Origin: Vicugna vicugna
Taxonomy: Eukaryota
NCBI GenBank assembly: GCA_013265495.1
Contig: MU058337.1
Location: forward strand, 1,046,777 to 1,110,776
Direction of reading: 5' to 3'
Length of the DNA: 64,000 bases
The translations under genes were made by a program, and so were the position numbers. Shown here piece by piece: positions 37,158-50,700 of this stretch (its first letter is position 1; each line of letters opens with the position of its first letter). Under the pieces are notes generated by a model that saw only the letters and a list, made by a program, of their open reading frames with translations, searched no databases and had not been told where the DNA came from.

Positions 37158-40100
37158 AGATAGATAAAAGACCATCCATCTTAACTGTTAACATGACTTT
37201 TTTTCCCCTTCCGCATTGCAAGGCATACTTGGGGTGGAGCTGGGGGAAATGGCAAAGCCAGCAGGTGAATGTTACTAAGACCAACCTCCAAACCATGTCA
37301 CTGAATCACATGGCTAATTTATTCCGCTCGTATGTCCGGGGTTGTGCCTGAACAGGTTAAAAAAAAGTTGCCTGGGTTGGGATGAAAGTCCATCACAACA
37401 AGGAACTGCCACTAGAAACGCCAGGTTAATGCTTAATTTTGTAAAGAGCAAAAAGAAAGGGGGTTTTCTCATTAACCAGACTTAAGCAAATTCAGATAAA
37501 CTTTGAAGTATTAAAATTACTGATAGCAAAGGGCAAGAATTTGTTGACAACCACATTACCTATTTTTCTAATCTTTTTAATGCAATACTAACAGCATTTA
37601 GACTTTAACTCCAACAAATGAAGACTCAAAACTATGGTTTCCTAGAGAACTTATTAGATGTTCTTTGTCCATGATTGACTCATTATGCAAATCTGGAAAA
37701 CTCAGCCACCGTTCCCAGCCTCACCTCAATATATGAGAGTTCAGTTATGTTAATGCCTAAATGGGAGTTAAATTTTGCAATAATGAATGTAAAATCTTTT
37801 TTTAAAAAAATTAAATGGGGAGCATGTATGCTCTTACTGGGAGCATTTATAGTCTTTTCAATAAAATTTAAAATGCCCTTCATTTGTATGCCCCTGCAGA
37901 CTTCTAAATTTTCTAGTTAGTTGTTTGATGTGCTACTAAAATCTACATAGTTGTTTCTCGGATGCTGTTTCTAAACTGAATTGTGCTAGATTTTACCAGC
38001 CTTTTCTGTCTCACACTTTCCTTCATCAGACTTTCACCCACCTAGTCGCTGAGCTCAGACTTCGGATAACTAGCATGTACTGTCCAGCATTTGCCAGACC
38101 TTCTGCTTAGCATCTGTGCTAGTTAATTCTCACGTAGCCTTAAATTCAGGACGATTACTAGCTCCAGTATAAACGTTTGGAGACCGAGACAAGGATGTTA
38201 AACAGAGATGTTATTGAACAGCTGTCAGTGGCAGGTGTTAGACTTTTGGCCCAGAGACTCCGCCTCTGAACTTTAACTAAGCCTTTTGCTCAGGTACCAG
38301 AAATGTGACAGTCAAAGAAATTTCCTGCTATTTAGAAAAAGTTAGAAGAGGATGTATCAACAAAGAAAATAATTACAGTGTGATTGGTTTCAAAATCCTA
38401 TGACTTACTAAGTGCTCTGCGTGGCAAGAAGGGACTCACTAACTCTAAGTGCCTGTGGCACCACCGTGCTGGGCGCCTTGCATGGGCTGTCTCACTTCAT
38501 GACCAAATTCAACTTCGCAGGAATCTATTATCGTCCCATCAAGAAATGCAGAGGAACAGCGAGCTGGAGGAGCGGTGGTGGGGATGGCCAGGGGAGAGGT
38601 CTCCAGTGCGGTGGAAGGATGCTAAGTGTGTCCTCAGTGTCACAGAGTCTGCTACAGGGTCACCGAGCGCCAGGCCTTTCTCCGGGTGGGCACCAGCCAG
38701 GCTGTCTTCCCAGCCTCCCTTGGGGTATGTGGGCTCCAGGACGGATTTCTGGCCAATGGCACATGTGCTGGCGTGATGTTCCCCACTTCCGGCCTGGCCC
38801 CCACAAGCCCCCACCTGCTCCCTCATCTGCCAGCCCGAAGCAGAGCATCCCAGGCCGACTTCGAGGCCACAGCAGGGATGTCGTATGGGCGAAGACTGCG
38901 TTTCTGAACAATGGTAGGAGGGACAAATCCTGCATTCCCGGAGCCGCTGAGGATGGAGACAGTCACAGCCACGCACTTACCCTAAACCCCCGGACGTCGA
39001 TTCAGTTTTAGACAGAGAGACGGGATAAATTTGGACAGTGACCCAGAGATGTCTGCTGTTTGGCATGAACTGTGACAAATGATGGGAGAAAAACAGGAGT
39101 GTTCTGGCGTTCTTCCAACTTAAGTAAGAAATGTGAGTTTATGCCATTTGGGGACTACTTGCCAGGTCTTGTTGCAACAGTTCCTGACTACCCTCATGAA
39201 CCTACAGGAATAGGCCAAACAGCGCCTTCAGCGTGTCTGCAGAACCAGCTCTCGCATTTCGGGCGTACGATCACCACTCGGGGAAAATTCAAATTCTAGT
39301 TCACAAGATTTAAGGCCGATATTTTTCACTCCTAACAATCACCCAAGTGACCCTGGACAAGGTGGTTAAAGGCAAACCCCATTTTGAGAAGAAAACAGCC
39401 TAAGTTCTAATCCATTGGTGTGGCCCAGGCCTCCCGAGATGACATGTGGGAACACACAGGCGCGCCGCGCGGGGCGCAGTGGGGAGAGCTCTGCGGGCAG
39501 AGTCTGTGGAAATGACGCGGGGCCTGTAGCTTTCAGGGGGTTTGACCTCAGTGGGAGCGTTGCAAGTTAATCCGTGACTTGCCTTTATTAACCTGGCAGG
39601 TGTTTCTCCCCGTGCCTCACGGCGTTGCCACAGCCCAAACACACAGAAAGCTCAGCAAATAGGACTCATGTGCCTCTCCAGGCCGCAGCCTCCTCATTAC
39701 AACTTGAACAGATCAATAGGACATAAATAATTTAAAGGCTGCTGCCTGTAAAATGCACATTAGAATGTGTTTCTGCAATCGAGAGTCCGTTTTGAGAGAT
39801 GGAAGTTATTTTACCTGTGGATGGTTGTCCCTGCAAACTGGCCACCAGAAAACACAACACATAAACTAACGTGTTTGCTTTTGCTGTTGGCGGACTTGTG
39901 CCAGTGGAGCCGATGGCATTTGCTCCCGACACGCTCGTGGCTGCCAGTCCCTCCCCGCCCGCCCCTCTAAGGTGACCGGACGGAGCAGGTTCCCTTACCT
40001 TCCATCTCGGCTTAATCCCTTGCCGTTACAAGAAGTGGAAAATGCAATTAAATGCACTTCCGAAACCCTCCCCCAGAGCGCTGTTGACGATATTGCCTGC

Positions 40101-41399
40101 ATTAAACAGGCTGAGCCCGGCGGCGCGGCCACCCTCGTTGCACCTGGTGGCTTTCCGCAGCCTGGGGAGGCGCGTTTGCAAATTAAAGCGTTCCATCAGC
40201 AGCTCTCAGAACATATCCCAGTTTGTTATAAAAGAATATGGCTGAAATAAACACTCATGTGGGTTTCATCGGGGTCTGGTTTGAGAGTTGGGGCAGGGGT
40301 TGGAAGCCCCCCCACTCTTCCATGGGGGCTAAACTTGGGATCGGTTTTGCTCACGAAGTGTCAATGGAATTTCAATGTTAACAGATCTTAAAATTACCTT
40401 AAAAGAGGATTCTAAGCCAAGCAGGACTTTTCCTCCCTTACCTTAAGTGTTAATCCATTATGTAGAAGAGCAGAAGCCACCGTGAAAACTTCCCATTTCT
40501 TTCTGAAGGATGTGACTTTGTCTGATCACACATTCCACTTGCTTCTCTCACAGGGAAGGGTGTGAAGTGACAGGTGACTAGGAGCCAAGTGAGATGAAAC
40601 GTGTTCTTGGCTCGACCTAGGGCTTGGTGGGTGGCTGTGACCAGGACATGGAGCCTCTTGGTGACGCCACTTGCCCACTTAAAGAGCTGTCATCAGATTG
40701 AAGGGGTCGCCACACTTCCTGCATAGAGTAACCTTGCCCCATCTTTAACCAGATGTGAATTTGATGTGATAAAATGTCCAGCAAACACTTCCTCAACTCA
40801 CTTCCTCCAATGGTGGTCAGTTTCCACACACCACTACTTCCTCCGAATATTCCCTTCCTCCCCAAAATGCTGTTGTCTCTTTCCATCCATCAGCTATCCT
40901 ATCCCCAGGCATCCACCGTGGATGGGAGAGGGCTGAATGACAGCTTCTGGCTTTGGAGAATTTCTCCTGTCTTCTCCCCATGCCCTTTCTTCTTCATTTC
41001 CACTGTTCATAATGTCTGCTTAATGCAGAATAACGAAGAGCTGTGTCTCTGCTGCGCGCCGCCCGCCCTGGCGCGAGCAAGGTTTAAAACACTGCCATTT
41101 CACGCCTCGCCTGCACCTGTCACTCCGTCTCCCCGCTGCCCCAGCCCTCCAGCCATCGCTTTTCTCCTGTAAGTGCATGAAGTAAACACGGGAGGACTTG
41201 CAGTTCTCTTCAGTGGCAGTGACACATGTGTTGAGAGGCTGATGTGAGCCCACCCAGTGATAAGTGCCCAGGATGAAAAGAGGCATCGTAGACCGACATC
41301 ACTTTGATCCCTGTCTTCCCCGGACCCTCTCATCAGTGGGCAGTCTCAGCGTCAACACAGAGGTTTAGTGCCACTAGTTCACAAGCCAAAACTGGTCAA

Positions 41400-41950
41400 G
41401 GCACCCTGTGTGCCTGACTTCTCAGACCCAGTTTTTATGGTTTTATGAGGTTTGGAAACCCTCACAAAATGTGCTCACAAAATCCCGGGACTCTGCTCAT
41501 CCCCAGCACCCTGGACCAGTCTTGATAACTGGATGCCTGGCTCTGTTTTCAGTTGAGCCCTCTTCTTCTTTGTTGGGATTAAGTTCTTAACATGACCCCA
41601 AGCCCCCAGAGCTAGTGCTCCCAGAGACAGACACATCACAGCTGTGTCTCATCCACTCCATCTTCCATGTGTGACCTCACACTGCATCGTGGAGCGAGGT
41701 CTCTCCTGTGTCCCACCTGCTCAGGGCACTCTTGAGGCACAGTGTCCATTGGGTGCCTCCCATCAAGATGAAAATCCTGTGCATAGGAACACTTGCCAGA
41801 AAGAAATCGGAGTGGACATCTGGTCACCCCCTCAAGGGCTCTTCTCCATCCTCAGTCTCTTAGGCCTGACATCCATCTCCCTGTCGTCAGTGCTGGGGCT
41901 CCTGCGTCCCAGCCTGTCCTGGAACTCACTCCACCCTGGTCACAGCAAGG
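41400..41950 (+). mobile_element. L2 ORF2 remnant
   Basis: ggctcttctccatcctcagtctcttaggcctg...cctggaactcactccaccctgg resembles the L2 RT region. Confidence 0.4.
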
Positions 41951-42218
41951 AGCTCCTACCCCAGAGAAGGAGGCTTCCAATGCGGTTAGAAAGATTATAG
42001 ATAATCCATATGGCAAAATATAAATCACAATAATGAGCCAATTATGCTTATAGTATTGCTACAAACAATAAATCTCACAAGAGGGGAAGTAGAAAATACA
42101 AGAAAGTTGGAAACTCATAGAAAATTCACAGGGCAAAAGATTTTGAGGTGACCCATGAAAGAATACAATGTACAGAGAGGGGCTAGGATGCAACAACAAA
42201 GACAAAAATTAAAATGCA

Positions 42219-42802
42219 TACAATAGTCAAGACATGGAAGCAACCTAAATGTCCATCGACAGATGACTGGATAAAGAAGCTGTGGTATATTTATACAATA
42301 GAATACTACTCAGCCATAAAAAAGAATAAAATAATGCCATTTGCAGCCACATGGATGGATCTGGAGATCATCATTCTAAGCGAAGTAAGCTAGAAAGAGA
42401 AACAAGAATACCATATGAAATTACTCATATGTGGAATCTAAAAAAAGAAAAAAGACATCACTGAACTCATTTACAAATAGAAACAGATTCGCAGACATAG
42501 TGAACAATCTTATGGCTACCAGGGGAGAGGGGGTAGGAAGGTATAAATTTGGGAGTTCAAGATTTTCATATATTAACTAATATATATAAAACTAGATAAA
42601 AACAAATTTCTTCTGTATATCACAGGGAACTATATTCAATACCTTGTAATAATCTTTATTAAAAAAAGAATAGGAAAATGAATATATGTTTGCATATGTA
42701 TGACTGGGACATTATGTTGTACACTGGAAATTGACACATTATAACTGACTACTTTTCAATAAAAAAATTTTAGAAATAAATAAAATGAGCTCACCAGGAA
42801 AA
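42219..42802 (+). mobile_element. Lineage-specific L1 3' end (ORF2 C-terminus and 3' UTR) with TSD
   Basis: caagacatggaagcaacctaaatgtccatcgacagatgactggataaagaag...gactgggacattatgttgtacactggaaattgacac...aataaa; TSD aaaatgca at 42211-42218 and 42803-42810. Confidence 0.92.
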
Positions 42803-43477
42803 AAAATGCAAAGATGGGAGATGAAAATATTTTACAAAACTAGAGAGTTCATTTTAAGATGATAATAACAAATCTTTAGAGACGTCCCTGAGCACAGACA
42901 GGTGTTTGAGAGGCTACATAGTAAAACAAGGTTTGTACTGACAGCTAAGAGGCTTGGATTATAACCCTAGTCCTGCCATGGCTGGGATGTACGATTTTAG
43001 ACAAGTTATTCATCCTCCGCTGACCTTATTTAATGCATGGCTTAGGTGTTACTGACCCACGTGTAGACTAGGGGTCAGTAAACCTTTTTGTGATGAAACT
43101 TTATATAATTAGGTGAATCTGTGGCATTTTCTAATGAGTGACTCCTTAAGAGTTCTAAAGGAGAGATAATTTTGTGAAGTTAGTCAAATTAATAAAGAGT
43201 GCTTTGTGTGGCACGCAAAAGGGCAGAATTGTAAAAGCAGGGAAATTATTTGAACAAACTTTATAATTATGATATGGATGTATGTTATGAGTTAGGAGAA
43301 AACAGAACAGAATTGAGAGACAGTAAAAGGAAAGAAATTTCCAGAATGTTCTTGGGAGAAGAAATGGAAGAGGTGAAATAAGGAAGAATTGTGATGATTT
43401 TTATAGTTTTTAACTGAGTTATAGCAAGAATGATAGCACCATCACTCAAAATAAAGAAATTTGGAATAGGAGCAAGA

Positions 43478-43660
43478 TCGGGGTTGGCAAACTCTTCCTG
43501 TAAAAGGCCAGATGGTAAATCCTTTTTGTGGCCATATTGTCTCTGTCGGCACTACTTAATCCTGCTCTCATGGCACAAAAGTAGCCATGGACAGTAGGTA
43601 AACACATGGTCACGTCTGAGTTCCAATAAAACTTTATTTATAAAAGCAGGCAGTCAGCTA
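43478..43660 (+). mobile_element. MER58A (hAT-Charlie) inserted in an L2 remnant (~43200-44290)
   Basis: ggggttggcaaactcttcctgtaaaaggccagatggtaaat...gttccaataaaactttatttataaaagcaggcagtcagc. Confidence 0.8.
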
Positions 43661-44344
43661 AATGAGTTGACATTTGGAGAGCTGATTTTTGAGAGCTCAC
43701 AAACTTAAAAGCCCACTGTGTCTACTGGGTAACAAACACAAATGTGTGAATCAGTTCAGTACAAGTACTAAAAAGTACTGGGGTCTGCAGCAAGAGGAAG
43801 AGCATATATTGCACACAATGAGATTTAAATTCAGAACATTAAAAAAAAAGTTGTATCAGCTAATCAAGACAGATGGCAGACACCGGAGGACGTACAGGCG
43901 GAGATACTGGGAAGTGCGTCAGCTACAAGTTGACATGATGGAGTTATCCACAACTTGATGACTGATTCTATGAGATTACATTGTCAGGGGAGAAATTAAA
44001 ATGAAAAAGAACAGATTTCAGTATTAAGTCCTGGAACAGACCCACTTTAGGAAATAGGAGAATGTGGAAGTCACCATCTGTGGGACCCAAGAAAGAAGAG
44101 GACAGTAGAGGGCCAAAGACAGGGGAGTGGAAGGAGGTCAGGGCAATGGGGCATCTCCTGCTGGAACCACAGGGACAAAAACTCATAGGAGGTCAGGTGC
44201 TGCGGGGCATGAGGGGCCTCGACGTCCTCGGAGATGCTGTTTCAGGGAGGCAGTGGGAGCAGAAATTTTAGGAGTTCAGGATTAGACTGCGGGGCTGAGA
44301 AATGGAGCGGTGGGGAGGGCGTGACCGCAGCACAGTACTGTGAC

Positions 44345-44575
44345 ACAGCCCTGGACGTGGCCACAGGCAGGTCCGGTTCTGCTCCCTGCATCCATACGTC
44401 CCAGCTACTTAGGTCATCTCCTTAGAGTTATTTAATCTCTTTGAGATTCAGGGTGTCGTTTGTGAAATGAGGAAATTAATAGCCATCTTCAGGATCGTGA
44501 AAAGAAAAACGGAAATGAGACAGATTTATGCACAGAGCCGCCTGGTGCCTCACACACAGTAGCCTCTCAAGCATG
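44345..44575 (+). mobile_element. MIR SINE
   Basis: agttatttaatctctttgagattcag...tttgtgaaatgagg...gcctggtgcctcacacacagtagcctctcaa. Confidence 0.5.
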
Positions 44576-47175
44576 CGTCTTCCTCTTCCCTGGCCCCCGG
44601 GCCTTTTAGAATATAGATTTCAGCTTTTAAAAATATGGTGATCGACGTTCAGTTATACTCTTGTCTAAGTCAACCAAAAGTTCTTGTCCACGGGACAATA
44701 AAGGGCCAGTTGAAGCCATGAGATGGTGCATTTCCTCATATGAGGGCATAAACCAGTAAGAACCAGAACTTACTTATGTGTCAGCCTTAACTAGTTACGG
44801 ATCAATACAACATTGATTTTTTTTCACTCTAGGTCCTCTCATGCTAAAGAGGAAGACAGCAGGAAATCTTTCAAAATGTAAAATAATTTTCTTTGCTGTT
44901 GTATGAAGAGAAAGGACTTTTATTTCAAAATTACTAATAGACAAGGAAAAAGGAATATACCCCATAATTAAGTCAATATGAAAGTAAGACAACTGTGAAC
45001 TCTTTTTTCCTAATTGTCAAGAACTTACAATTTTAAAGTCTCAGAAAATTAATGGCTAAAGCTGTTTCAGCTGCACTAAGATTGTTCAATCTCACAGACT
45101 AAATTTTCAGAGATTTTTATGAGAACATTTTGGGCCCCATATTTAACATAATCTGTACTGAGATTAATGAATTTTGTTAACTCCTTCCTATGAAGGCCTT
45201 GGAAGCCTTCTGATAGTCTAATTTGAATAGCACTTTACAGTGATTTTGCTTAATATTTTATTAAATATTAATCCCCAGACTTTTAAGATGAACTTTGTAA
45301 CACCTATATTTCAGATGAGGAGACAGAACCTGCAAAGGTTAATTAATATCACAAAAGGTCTCAACGTGTTTCCACCTGCTCTTATCTCTCATGTTGCTCC
45401 TCACCTGGGAGAGATATCTGCTTCTCCAGAAAGCCCTAGAAAGCCTGAAAACCACTGTGGATACTCTGGTTTGCCCCTACACACCCATCTGAGGCAGATC
45501 CAGATCCAGAAATGATTGTCTGTCATCCCAAGGGTGGGAGGCTGGGATGGTTGAGATTTTTGAATAAGCCAAGTGGGGTTAGGAGTCATGGCTGAGACCC
45601 AACGGAAGTGACTAACAGTCCACATTATAATTTCCCAAGTTATGACGCAGAATAGCTATCAGTCCATATTTCCACCCACATGTGAGGAGACTGATCCGTC
45701 AGATGGGCACCATGGGAGAAATCTTAAGTGGGAGACTTCTAGGAGATGTAGGACTTCTGCAATGTGGAAGTGGAGAGAGTTCGCAAGGATGACCCCTCAG
45801 AGGGAGCTGACTGAAGGGGAGGGGGCATACAGTGGAGACGGGGTCTTTATCTGGGGCAAGAAAGACATTGGACACTGCAGTCTTTCATCCACTGACCAGA
45901 TAACTTCATTCTACTCTGTAGTAGGAGAAATCCTAGGCATGTGGTGAACACGGCACACCACTCTGCTTCAGGAACTTTCCTCCAGACACAACCCTGTCAT
46001 CTGAAGCAGTGAGTGGCTGGGGAGATGGGCACCAAGCCAGTCCTGAGAAGGTCTTGGCCAGCTCAACCCGAGTCAGCTGGAATCCAGGGCAGGGTTCCAT
46101 TCTCAGAAGGGGATAACGGTTCAAGACAGGAAACCACAACAGGCACTCGGCCTCAGACTAAACAAACATGGGGAGGTGGAGGGGCAAGTTTATAACTTGA
46201 AGAACGGGGTGTGCACAGGGGCTCCACACAAGCTGCAGGAAGGGCGGTCACGGGCTGAGACTCACTTTGGACCCTGCCCACCGAGGAAAGGACCTGCCGC
46301 TGAAGAGCATCTATAGCCGGGGCACGACTTAACCAAGATGGACTGAGATGTAGCCTTTGAGTGTTGTCTCCAAAATCAAAATCGTCAATTTTGGGTATAT
46401 TTTTTAAAAATGAGCTCTGTTTCTGAAACTTTCACATGTTCCCTCTGTCCAAAAGTTAGATCACCAGGAATGCCACAGAAGTCCACATTGATTATATCAC
46501 CCCTCAAGTCAAGGACAATGAGCTTGCTGTTTTCAGTGTATTCATGTCACTCAGTAAACATCCATGGTGGTATTTCCTCAGATGTAAAAGGGGGATTAAA
46601 ATCTGTCTGAAGCTGGTAAACTTAAAATTAGAATTTGGCCATGTCCACGTAATACTCAAATGTATAATCAAGTGGATCAAATGTTCCAGAGATTTAAAGT
46701 GAAATCCTTCAAACTATTTCCTGACATGTGGCAAAACAGTTCAAAAATTGAAATGTTTAGGTTTGAGCATCAGAATAATAGCATTTTCCAAGTACTTCTC
46801 AGATTTTTCTAATTTTATGATTCTTACACTATAAATTACTAAACTGAAATCCATATTTTTTAGAGACTGCATAAAGAGCATTTTGCAGGGGTGGCTGGCA
46901 AAAATAATGGCTTTAGTTTTCTTGTACGCCCAAATGCCTAAAGGTCTGTTGGGAATTTTTGCATTTGTTAAAAAAATACTTTATATTTTATGTAACTACA
47001 AGATGACAGTATTTTTACCTGTAGAGTGTATGCTGGGCCCTGGGTTGTACCCTGCGAGAAAAAGGCCACCAGGATGGCCACAGGCAGTCTGAAATCCGGA
47101 AGATCTTGGTGGTGAAGAAAGTATCCATCATGCCATCATTACTGACATGTTTGAAATATTTAGATGAGTAAAGGG

Positions 47176-47709
47176 TTTTCTTCTATTGAAGTATAGTTGG
47201 TTTACAATGTTGTGTTAGTTTCTGGTGTACAGCACAGTGATTCAGTTATACAGATATATTTCTTATCATATTCGTTTTCATTATAGGCTATTATAAGGTA
47301 TTGAATATAGTTACCAGTAGGACCTTGGTGTTTATCTATTTTATATATACTAGTTAGTAACTACAAATGCCAAACTCCCAATTTCTCCCTCCACCCGCTT
47401 CTTCCCCCCGATTCCTGGTAACCACAAGTTTGTTTTCCATGTCTGTGAATCTGTTTCTGTTTTGTAAATAAGTTCATTTGTCTTATTTTTTTAGATTCCA
47501 CATATAAGTGATAGCATATGGTATTTTTCTTTCTCTTTCTGGCTTACTTCACTTAGTATGAAGACCTCCAAGTCCATCTATGTAGCTGCAAATGGTATTA
47601 TTTTATTCTTTTTTTATGGCTGAGTAGTATTCCACTGTATATGTGTGTATGTGTATATATCTATATATACGGCACATCTTCTTTATCCAGTCATGGACGT
47701 TTAGGTTGT
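47176..47709 (-). mobile_element. L1 3' end (Cetartiodactyla-type)
   Basis: ttgaagtatagttggtttacaatgttgtgttagtttctggtgtacagcacagtgattcag...tttagattccacatataagtgat...tggctgagtagtattcc. Confidence 0.9.
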
Positions 47710-50700
47710 GAGGTAGAAGGAGTTTTTGAAGTACACATTGAATCAGCAGTGAATCACGACTGTGTGTTCATTCATTCAACAGATCTTTTCTGAGCACCTG
47801 CCCTGTGCCTTGTCCAGTGTCAGCTGGGGATACGGGGGAGCCTAAGTCCAAGGTGCCGCCCTCAGGGAACTTCCATCTTGTGCAGAAGACAGAAGAGAAG
47901 CAAGAAATTCAAGGAGCACGCTCCTGATGCACGGCTGTAGCTGCACCAGGCGGCCCGCAGGAAGCCAACAGCCGGCGCTTGTGAGGCTGTGCAAGCCCAG
48001 TGACAGCCTCAGAAGTGAATGCTGATGCTCCTGGCCTCCTCCCTTCAAAGCTTCCACAGCCATTGCATTACATTTCATTCATTCATTCATTCATCAAACT
48101 ACCTGTCAAGCGCCTCGTGCTTGACACGCTGCTAGGTGCAAAGATTAACTTGACAAGTGTCTGACTTTGAGGCATGTAAACAAACACCCCCCAGTGAGCC
48201 AAGTATATATATATATGTCTCTCACTACAGGCGTTCACAAGAAGGAATGCTCAATTTTGTTTCCAGGATGTGGGGAAGGCTTCCAAGAAGAGGAAGCGTT
48301 TCACTGGCGTTGAGCAGAAGCTCATGAAGCTCAGGGATGCTCTCGCAACCACAGGGGCAGCTAGGACCCAGGCAGAAATCTGCTGAGAACAGCAAGCGAT
48401 GCGGCTGCACAGAGGAACTTGGGAAGCGTCATGAAGGTGGGAGACTCAGAGATGGTCTGGAGTGGGCAGTCAAGGCTTTGCAGCCTTTGTGGTATTTAAA
48501 TAGCATGTTTCATTTGATAGGTTCACCCAGGTGTCTACATGTAAGAGGTGGAAATCGTACATTTATCTTCATATCATTTCGAGTGCACCTAACCTTAGGA
48601 GAGGATTGTTTATTACTGCATTATAATGTGCACACAGAGGTTGTTAGCAATCGCTCTTCTTAGCCATTAAGGATCATTAATAAGGTGAAAGATCTAGATC
48701 TATAGTGAGGGGGATTTGCTCGGGGTTTTATTTCGATGGCAAAGAATACAGTATAAATCATGTTTTCATGATGATGAAAATGCACAGCAGCAAATCTAAG
48801 TGCCATATATCATACGGGGGATTTTTGTCAAACATCGTATTTCATGCAGCTGACAGAGAACTATCCAACATCTCAGGCACAGCCTCGGCCTGGCTGCATA
48901 AATTTGGTGTCGATTTTATTGCCATTTTGTTAATGAAATATAAAAATTAAATGGATTGCAATGAAACTGTGAAGTAAGTGATATTCCACATGCCTTTGGC
49001 TTCAAAGAAAACAGGGTGGAATGAATGATAATCAGGTACTGAGCACAACGTTAAAAAAAAAAAAAGCAGAAGCCTATTAAAGTGATCTAATGGATGTTCT
49101 CTGCCCTTCTTCACTTCAAATTTAGTTTTCCTGGGAATCTATGTCAAGATAAGTCATAGATCATGCTCTGTGAGTCAGGGTGGATGGATGGATTGATTTT
49201 TTTAATGTTACTGGGTAGAGTAAACTGAAGCGAATACTGTGATTGACAACACACAGAAGAGGAAAACAAGGGGTCAGATAACTGTCGTGCCCAAGAAGCT
49301 ACAGCGAAAGGAGACTCCATGATGGCGACATTGCCAGCCAATTCCGTGCAGTGAGTATTTGTCTTCGGTTCTGTGCCAGACACTGCACTGGTGAGTCGCC
49401 TCAGCGTGGCCTCATCACATTTGCGCTCAGGATTTCAACATCATTTCTGCTTTTTCCCAACCCGTTCTGTCCAGAATGGCTGACAGTAGTTGGGTGACCA
49501 GCACGGCGGACGCTGGGAGAAACAGATGTGACCTGGAAGAGCGCCAGCCCGGCCGGACTTCTGAGCTCCCAGGGCTGAGGTGCATTTGCAGCAGAATGCC
49601 AGGGTGCCAGGGCTGCACCACCGAAGCGAGACACCTGCACAAGCTGTGTCCTTGCCCCCACGAGCACCACACAGACCCTCTGAGCCAGTAAACGTCACAT
49701 AGGGTCTAAGGATGGCGCAAACACCTGTAACAGACATTCGGGCCAAAGACAAGACTTTGAACAGGCTCCCAGCCAGAACTTCCTAACGACTAGGACACTG
49801 TGTAAGATCGAAACGGTGTTTTCTATAGCTTGGACTGTGACTTAAGGCAAACAGAAATATATGTAAACGGGGGTAAGTGCATTTGATAGAGGATAAGGCT
49901 TGATTTTTCTCAAGCCGTGTCTCTCTAGCAACGGGCGAATCTGTTCTAAGCGTATCTAACTGTTGCAGAAGCAGTAAGATTGGCTCATCAGATTCTGGCC
50001 TGGAATTCTTCTTCATAAAGAAGGTGGGGAAAATTATGCCTGCTGAGTATTCCATTTCAGTTCAGTTTGCTCTCCGCTCTATGCAGCATTTGAAGTGGAA
50101 ACAATACAAAGGAATCAGGAGAGCTTTAAGAATGAAAAAGAATGGGGTATGCTGGGGGGAGGTGCACCGAAGTTTCTAGCACTAAGTAGACTGCTTTTGC
50201 AGTGTCAGTGTTTTTTTTTTTTAAACATCAAGCAAACAAGCAAATAACACTTGCTTATTTTCTGATACAGCAATCCGTGCATCACCTGTTGCTGGCAACA
50301 CTTTTCCCCATCACAAAAAAAAAAAGTTTTATTTTTTTGAAAACGGATATGTATGAGCAAGACTCAGAAACAATTTTATTTTTCCCTCAAATGCACTAGT
50401 CTACATCCAGGCAGCAAGTACCACTGGGGGAAGACAGTACCCAGGCTGCCTCCTGCCCACGCCCCCAAAACGCACGATCGTTAGAAGCATCTGCGAACGG
50501 TGAAGCTCACAGTCTTATCCTGATCATTACACCAACAGAGGGGAAAGTTCTAAAATTATCTTACGTGCTATAGCTGTTAATTAAATACCAAGGCTAGAGT
50601 AACTTCTCCACGAGTGAGAAGGTCATTATGTCTACAGTGAAGCTGCTTTTCCGCGTGGCTCCTGTTCGGTGTAGAAGCCGGGCAACGCTGGGACGGGCGT

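Noticed and set aside
38384..39011. Cluster of 130-199 aa ORFs on both strands
   Set aside because: GC-rich sequence with few stops in several frames; no splice or homology support
45530..46350. Possible old LTR fragments
   Set aside because: Too degraded to assign a family or boundaries by eye
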